Position numbers and translations under genes: made by a program
Notes under the pieces: model-generated
Database searches by the model: none
Told to the model about the DNA's origin: nothing
What the model saw: the letters and a program-made list of their open reading frames with translations, nothing else
Shown here: one piece after another, positions 58,870 to 64,000 of the stretch
Layout of the letters: every line of letters begins with the position of its first letter
Numbering within the stretch: the first letter of the stretch is position 1
Source: the human T2T-CHM13v2.0 reference genome, Homo sapiens
DNA: 64,000 nucleotides
NCBI RefSeq assembly: GCF_009914755.1
Contig: NC_060939.1
Reading direction: 5' to 3' (one strand)

Positions 58870-60577
58870 TCAGTGGCCTCCTCCAGGCCCTGCACAATCA
58901 CTTATGTGCTGGTGACACAAACATTAACCTCTAACCCTACCTTTCTTTAGAACTCCAGCCTCTGACATCCAACTGTCTGCCTGACACCTCCACTGGGATG
59001 TCTCACAAGACTCTCAAGCCCAGCATGTCAAAACTTAAATTTGTATTTCATGCAAATCAAAACCTCAATGAGATACCATTTCACACCCATTAAAATGGCT
59101 ATTACTAAAAAATAAAAAATAAATGTTGTCAAGGGTATAAAAAATTGCAACACTTGTGCACTGTTGCTGGGAATGTAAATAGTGTAGTTGCTATGGAAAC
59201 AATATGGTTTCTCAAAAAATTAAACACAGAATTCTCCTATAGTCCAGCAATTCCACTTCTGAAAAATGAAAGCAGAGACTTGAGCCCTTATTTGTACATC
59301 AATGTTTATATCAGCACTATTCACAATAGTCAATAAGTGGAAGCAACCCAAGTGTTCATTGAGAGATGAGTGGATAAACAAAATGTGGTATATCCACATA
59401 ATGGAATATTACTCAGCCTTGAAAAGGAAGGAAATTCTGACACATGCTATAACATGGAAGAACCCTGAAGATATAATGCTAAGTGAAATAAGTCAATCAC
59501 AAAAAGATAAATAGTGTATGATTCCACTTATACAAGGTCCTGAGTAGTCAAATTCATAGAAACAGAAAATGGCATAGTGGTTGCCAAGGGCAGGAGGGGG
59601 GTCAGAGAATGAAGAGTTACTGATTAATGGTCACATAGTTTCAGAGGGAAAAGATGGAAAAATTCTGGAGATGGGTGATGGTGATGACTGTACAATAATG
59701 TGAATGTACTGAATGTCACTGAACTGTACACTTTAAAATGGTTAGGATGATAAATTTTATGTTGTATATATTTTACTACAATAAAAAATTCATTTTACCC
59801 TCTTTTTCTGCCAATCTTCTCTAGTACATACATAGCAGAAGCACCCACCTGCCCAAAATCTGAGTCATCCTTGATTCCTCCTTTTTCATTTTCCTCTACA
59901 ATCAAACCATCAGCAAGCACTAGCAATACTACCTTCAAAATATATCTTCAGTATCCACCCACTTATTTTCACAACCACCACTTGACCCAAGGTGCCCTCA
60001 TGTCTTACTGGCATGACTGGAAGGGCCTCTTGCCTTATCTCCTCACATCCTCTCCTGCCCTCCTACCAATCACTCTCCACCAGCAACCAAAGCAGCCACT
60101 TCCCTGCTTAACACCTTTCCATGGCTGCCCAATGTACCCAATGCATAAAATCCTAACCGTTTGGCCCTGCAGCCTTGCATAATCCATCCTGTGACTCTCT
60201 CTCCAAGTTTATGCGACATTTTCCATGGCTCACTCTTCTCCATCAAACTGGATTAGAAAAAACCAGGGCCTTTATCAAGCTGTTCCATGCCTGGGATGCT
60301 CTTCCCACTGGTCCTAGCATAAATCTACTTTTCTTATTTTTCAGGTCTCATCTTGAAAGTCATTTCCTAGAGAGGCTTTCTATGGCCCCCTAACTAAAGT
60401 AGGTCCCCTCTGTTATTTTCGATCACAGCATCCATTTGTAACTCTGTGTCTGCTATCTCCCCTGCTAGACTGGGAACTCCAGAAAAAGAGCAACAATCTT
60501 TGTCTTGGTGACCATTGCATTCCAGCCAGTGCCAGGCATCACAGTAGGTACTTAATAAGTGTTTGCTAACTGAATAA
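58870..60577 (+). mobile_element. L2, split by an L1MB insertion
   Basis: GAACTCCAGCCTCTGACATCCAACTGTCTGCCTGACACCTCCACTGGGATGTCTCAC before, and GTCATCCTTGATTCCTCC...ACAGTAGGTACTTAATAAG after. Confidence 0.8.
59050..59790 (+). mobile_element. L1MB 3' end
   Basis: ORF2 C-terminal remnant MFISALFTIVNKWKQPKCSLRDEWINKMWYIH plus L1MB 3'UTR. Confidence 0.88.
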
Positions 60578-60599
60578 AAATATGGAGACTGCTAAATTC

Positions 60600-61710
60600 T
60601 ACTATTTCCATCAGGGGCCAGCAGCTTCTAACCAGGGACAAAGTGGCTCCTGTCCCTATTATTCTTAGATATCTACTAACAAAAGTTACGCGTTTCATCC
60701 CAACGACGTTAGGCTCTGTGTCTAGAGGTCTCACAACTACAGAGAAGAATGCTTCCACCAGAGGACACACCAGTGGTTCCACTGACCTGGATGCTGAGTC
60801 TGCCACCCAGCCACTCTGAGGCCCTCTTGTCATTGAGTCATCAGGCAACAGGGGTCACTGCACTGGCAGGAATGATTGATCCTGACTCTCACGGGTAAAA
60901 TGGGTTGGTCCTACATAATAGGGTAAGAAGGAGCATGTCTGGGATTCAGGAAATACTCTGGGGTGCCTTTTAATACTCCCTTGTTCTATGATTAAAGTCA
61001 ATGTAAAACTACAATACAACCCAATTCAGGCAGGACTGCTCATGGCTGTGGCCAGTGATCAGTGAACTATAGCCCACAGGCCAAATCCAGCTTGGTAAAT
61101 CCTGTTTTTGTAAATAAAGTTATTGTTGTAACACAGCTATTCCCAGTTGAGTAGTTGTGACAGAGACTGAAAGGTCCTCAAAGCCTACATTTTAATATAT
61201 GACCCTTTAAAAAAAAGTTTTCTGATTCCTGGCCTAGACCTACAACCTGCCATTCTTGCTGAAGGCAAAAGAAATGTTGAATGAATAATGAATAAAGGTG
61301 GTTGTAAATACCAGCTATGACCATGTGACCAGTTGCAGAAATAAGGATTATATTTGTGAGTACATCTTTCTAATTTTGATATACATGTTCATATATATGA
61401 ACCACATGTGTTTCCACCTCTGCCATTCCTTTATCATCTACATAGATGGGGTTAGTAGCAACTGCACGTGTATCTCAGGATTTAAGTTACATGTATCAAA
61501 GGGGGAGTGTGAAGCAGCCAAGAGAAGAGCAGATGCTACTTCAAGACAAAAAGGGGTTTTCTATCCTCTTCTTGGGAAAGGGTGAACACATGTTTGGCTG
61601 TATGTGCATTGGTTGTGTCATGTTGTGCAGAAGCATGACTTTGCTCGTCTTTATTTGGAGAGTATGGTTGAAGGTGATCCATGTGAGTGTCAAGTTGACA
61701 GAAGTGGAGC
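60600..61710 (+). mobile_element. ERVL internal region 3' part (dUTPase relic), interrupted by MER58A
   Basis: 60749-60898 translates MLPPEDTPVVPLTWMLSLPPSHSEALLSLSHQATGVTALAGMIDPDSHG*, then KEHVWDSGNTLGCLLILPCSMIKVN; decayed PPT GTTGACAGAAGTGGA before the LTR. Confidence 0.82.
61053..61231. mobile_element. MER58A hAT-Charlie DNA transposon
   Basis: AACTATAGCCCACAGGCCAAATCCAGC...TGTTTTTGTAAATAAAGTT...GAGTAGTTGTGACAGAGAC. Confidence 0.85.
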
Positions 61711-62270
61711 ACAGTGACTTTCTAATGTGACAACTTGGTTAAGATGAACTACATTTCCCAGGACTCCCTCTCCTGTAGGTTTCCCATTGGGGCAGGTCCC
61801 AAGGGAGATCCTTAAGGGAGATTTGGAGAGAAGAGAAGCAGCAGCCTTTTGCTTCCACACGCTGCCACTGATCTCACTCGCAGCCAGGCCTGCAACTGCT
61901 CCATCTTCCCCTGCATCATGCTTCAGCTTCTCCAACTCCCAGGCCAGGAATATACGCTTGGCTGCAGGATGAGGGGCCCTGGCTTTTGTAGAACACCTAT
62001 ACCATCAAGGTCAGAGGCAAAAGAAGCAACCTGGGGCCCAGTCCATCCCATGGTCTCCAACTTGTGCTTGGGGGTTCCAGCATGCTCTCGCTCTCCTCTG
62101 CTTCACATCCATCTTCTCTACCCAACAACCTGGTATGTGGACTTCAAGCTCTAGCACAAGATGCAAAAGCCAAATTCCTCTAACAAATCCTATAACAAAA
62201 CCTAATATATATTAATACACGCAGGACCTCCCAGTGGTTCTGCTTCTCTGATTGAACCCTGATTGATACA
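61711..62270 (+). mobile_element. MLT2-family (MLT2E/F-like) 3' LTR of the ERVL
   Basis: ATGTGACAACTTGGTTAAGATGAACTACATTTCCCAG...GGTTCTGCTTCTCTGATTGAACCCTGATTGATACA. Confidence 0.78.
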
Positions 62271-62454
62271 CCAAGTAGCTACTAAATGCAAGGTACACTT
62301 GAAGTGGTGGCAAAGAGGAACAGGCATAAAACCATAAGCCCACGTTATGATGGAAGGAAAATTGGCTCAAATTGCTCAAATAAAATGGAACAAGAGGATA
62401 AAGGCTACAATACAGGCATAAACAATGTGTTCCAGGGGCATGGAAGAAGCAAAC

Positions 62455-62590
62455 ACTTTGGAGATAGCCAGACCTGAATTATAATCCTGGCACCACCCAA
62501 CACCAGCTGCGTGACCTTGGTAAATGTCACCCAGGAGTTGTCTGCTCCTTCCACTTTCCTCTCTCTGAAAGGGAACTTCTGGGAAACAGA
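62455..62590 (+). mobile_element. MIR fragment
   Basis: CCAGACCTGAATTATAATCCTGGC...CAGCTGCGTGACCTTGGTAAATGTCAC. Confidence 0.6.
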
Positions 62591-64000
62591 GATTGTTTCT
62601 GACAGCAGGGAACATGTCAGGAAAGGTTTTATATTAAAGGCTGTCACGTTTCACCTTGCAGGAGCGTGGTTCGGCATAGCATTTTTCCATCTTGTGCAGA
62701 AGGAGTTAATGCATTTTGGTGGGATAGTGTGGGAAAAGGTCATCCTGCAAATATTCAAAAGCAATTTCATGAAACAGTGGGCTCTCATCCATCTGCTGTA
62801 ACAAACTGGCTGGGCGCTGTGGAGCCTTAAGCACTATACATTCAGCGAAATTATGACTCCCACTAGGGATATATCATATTTTTTTCAAGGCTGAAATGAA
62901 AAGATATACAGTGTACTGTATACATAGGCCTATTATGCTGGGGAAAATATCAGAACTAGTTTTTGCTGTTTATGGAAGATCAATGATAAATCAACCTGTA
63001 TAATCTGCAACTGACTGTTTCATTTGTTCTTTAATGTTCCACTGACCTTTTGGAAATGAAGGAACTTCACATAAAACATGTAGTTTGATGAACTTTAATC
63101 TTACCCATAATTGGATAACAAAATTGGGTACGTGGAGTAATTAAAAGGATTGTGATAAAAGAGTCGATCTGCAGTTTCACATTGAGCTTCTTCCATAAAC
63201 CAAGGAGTTCAGTTCAGGGCATATTAGGAAACAAAAAACAGCCCCGTGGGCTAGAAAGCTACATTTTTATTGTTGTTGTTAGAGGGAAAGGTATTTACGG
63301 AGAAGATAGACCATGTCAGTGAGGGCTAATATTATCACCTAGGGAGCTCTGAGATAAGGACATCAGTTTTAAAGATTAGGCTTCGACCTGCTAGTGAGCA
63401 GGAAGTTAACTGCTCGATTTTTCCTTAAGTGAGGTCATTTTTCCAGACTATCTTTAGATTGGTCCATCTATTACACATTTTCCATTGTTGTCGGTTTTAC
63501 AGAAATGCAGACTTGCAATTTGCACGTAAGCCTGCACGTGCCTAATCCTTGTTTCTGGGCTCTCCAGTAGTGCCTGTCATGCCTGCTCACAACCTTAAAA
63601 ACGTCTCTCCTTTGCCCAGCTAAGCCCTGCTGGGCTGGCTCCCCACTCTTTTCTTGAGGCCTCCAAGTCCTGGTATCTGACCTCCAGGACCCTGAGCTGA
63701 ACCTCCAGCAAAGCTACCACTCCTAGAGCATCCCCTCAACCTGGAGCAGTTCTCTCAATCACTGTTTTCTGGCTTTTTCAACACTTCTCCTAGGCCTGTT
63801 CCGGTCCCGCCTTGACCTGCTCCCAACCTCCCCATCCTCAACTACTAACTGACCCCAGACCCAACCTTGTGGATCATCTGCCCTCCAGACCAGCTGTAAC
63901 TCAGCCACTGCACCAGGTCATTAGCCAGGCTACTCTAGTTCCTTCAAATGCTTGCCTTCCAATAACCCTTAAGAAGCTTTTCTTTGTATCACAGTACATG

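Noticed and set aside
62645-62830. Splice-site-like motifs on both strands suggesting an exon
   Set aside because: No recognisable coding frame or partner exons; cannot be supported without transcript data.

Overview
Primate (very probably human or great-ape) genomic DNA, intergenic or deep-intronic and dominated by interspersed repeats. I found no protein-coding exon, CpG island, CRISPR array or prokaryote-type system. The ORF-track entries are chance frames or L1/Alu/LTR read-throughs. Main elements: a MER11 (HERV-K11/HML-8) solo LTR with a 6-bp TSD (1071-2143); a full-length, dead L1PA13-15-type LINE (~19068-26130) with a tandemly repeated 5'UTR; a U6 snRNA retropseudogene (56656-56763, minus); an ERVL internal remnant with a dUTPase relic plus MLT2 LTR (60590-62270); about 20 Alus/monomers including an AluYd-type copy; and many MaLR/ERVL LTRs, L2/MIR/L1M fragments and hAT DNA transposons. 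The most interesting signals are fine-scale. They are a 24-bp micro-inversion inside L1 ORF2, several sites where the TE consensus is replaced by an inverted copy of neighbouring bases (template-switch footprints), and a ~30-bp-stem pre-miRNA-like hairpin built from a MIR. Family and subfamily names and consensus comparisons come from my recollection of consensus sequences, not from a search. I cannot support a new biological system here.
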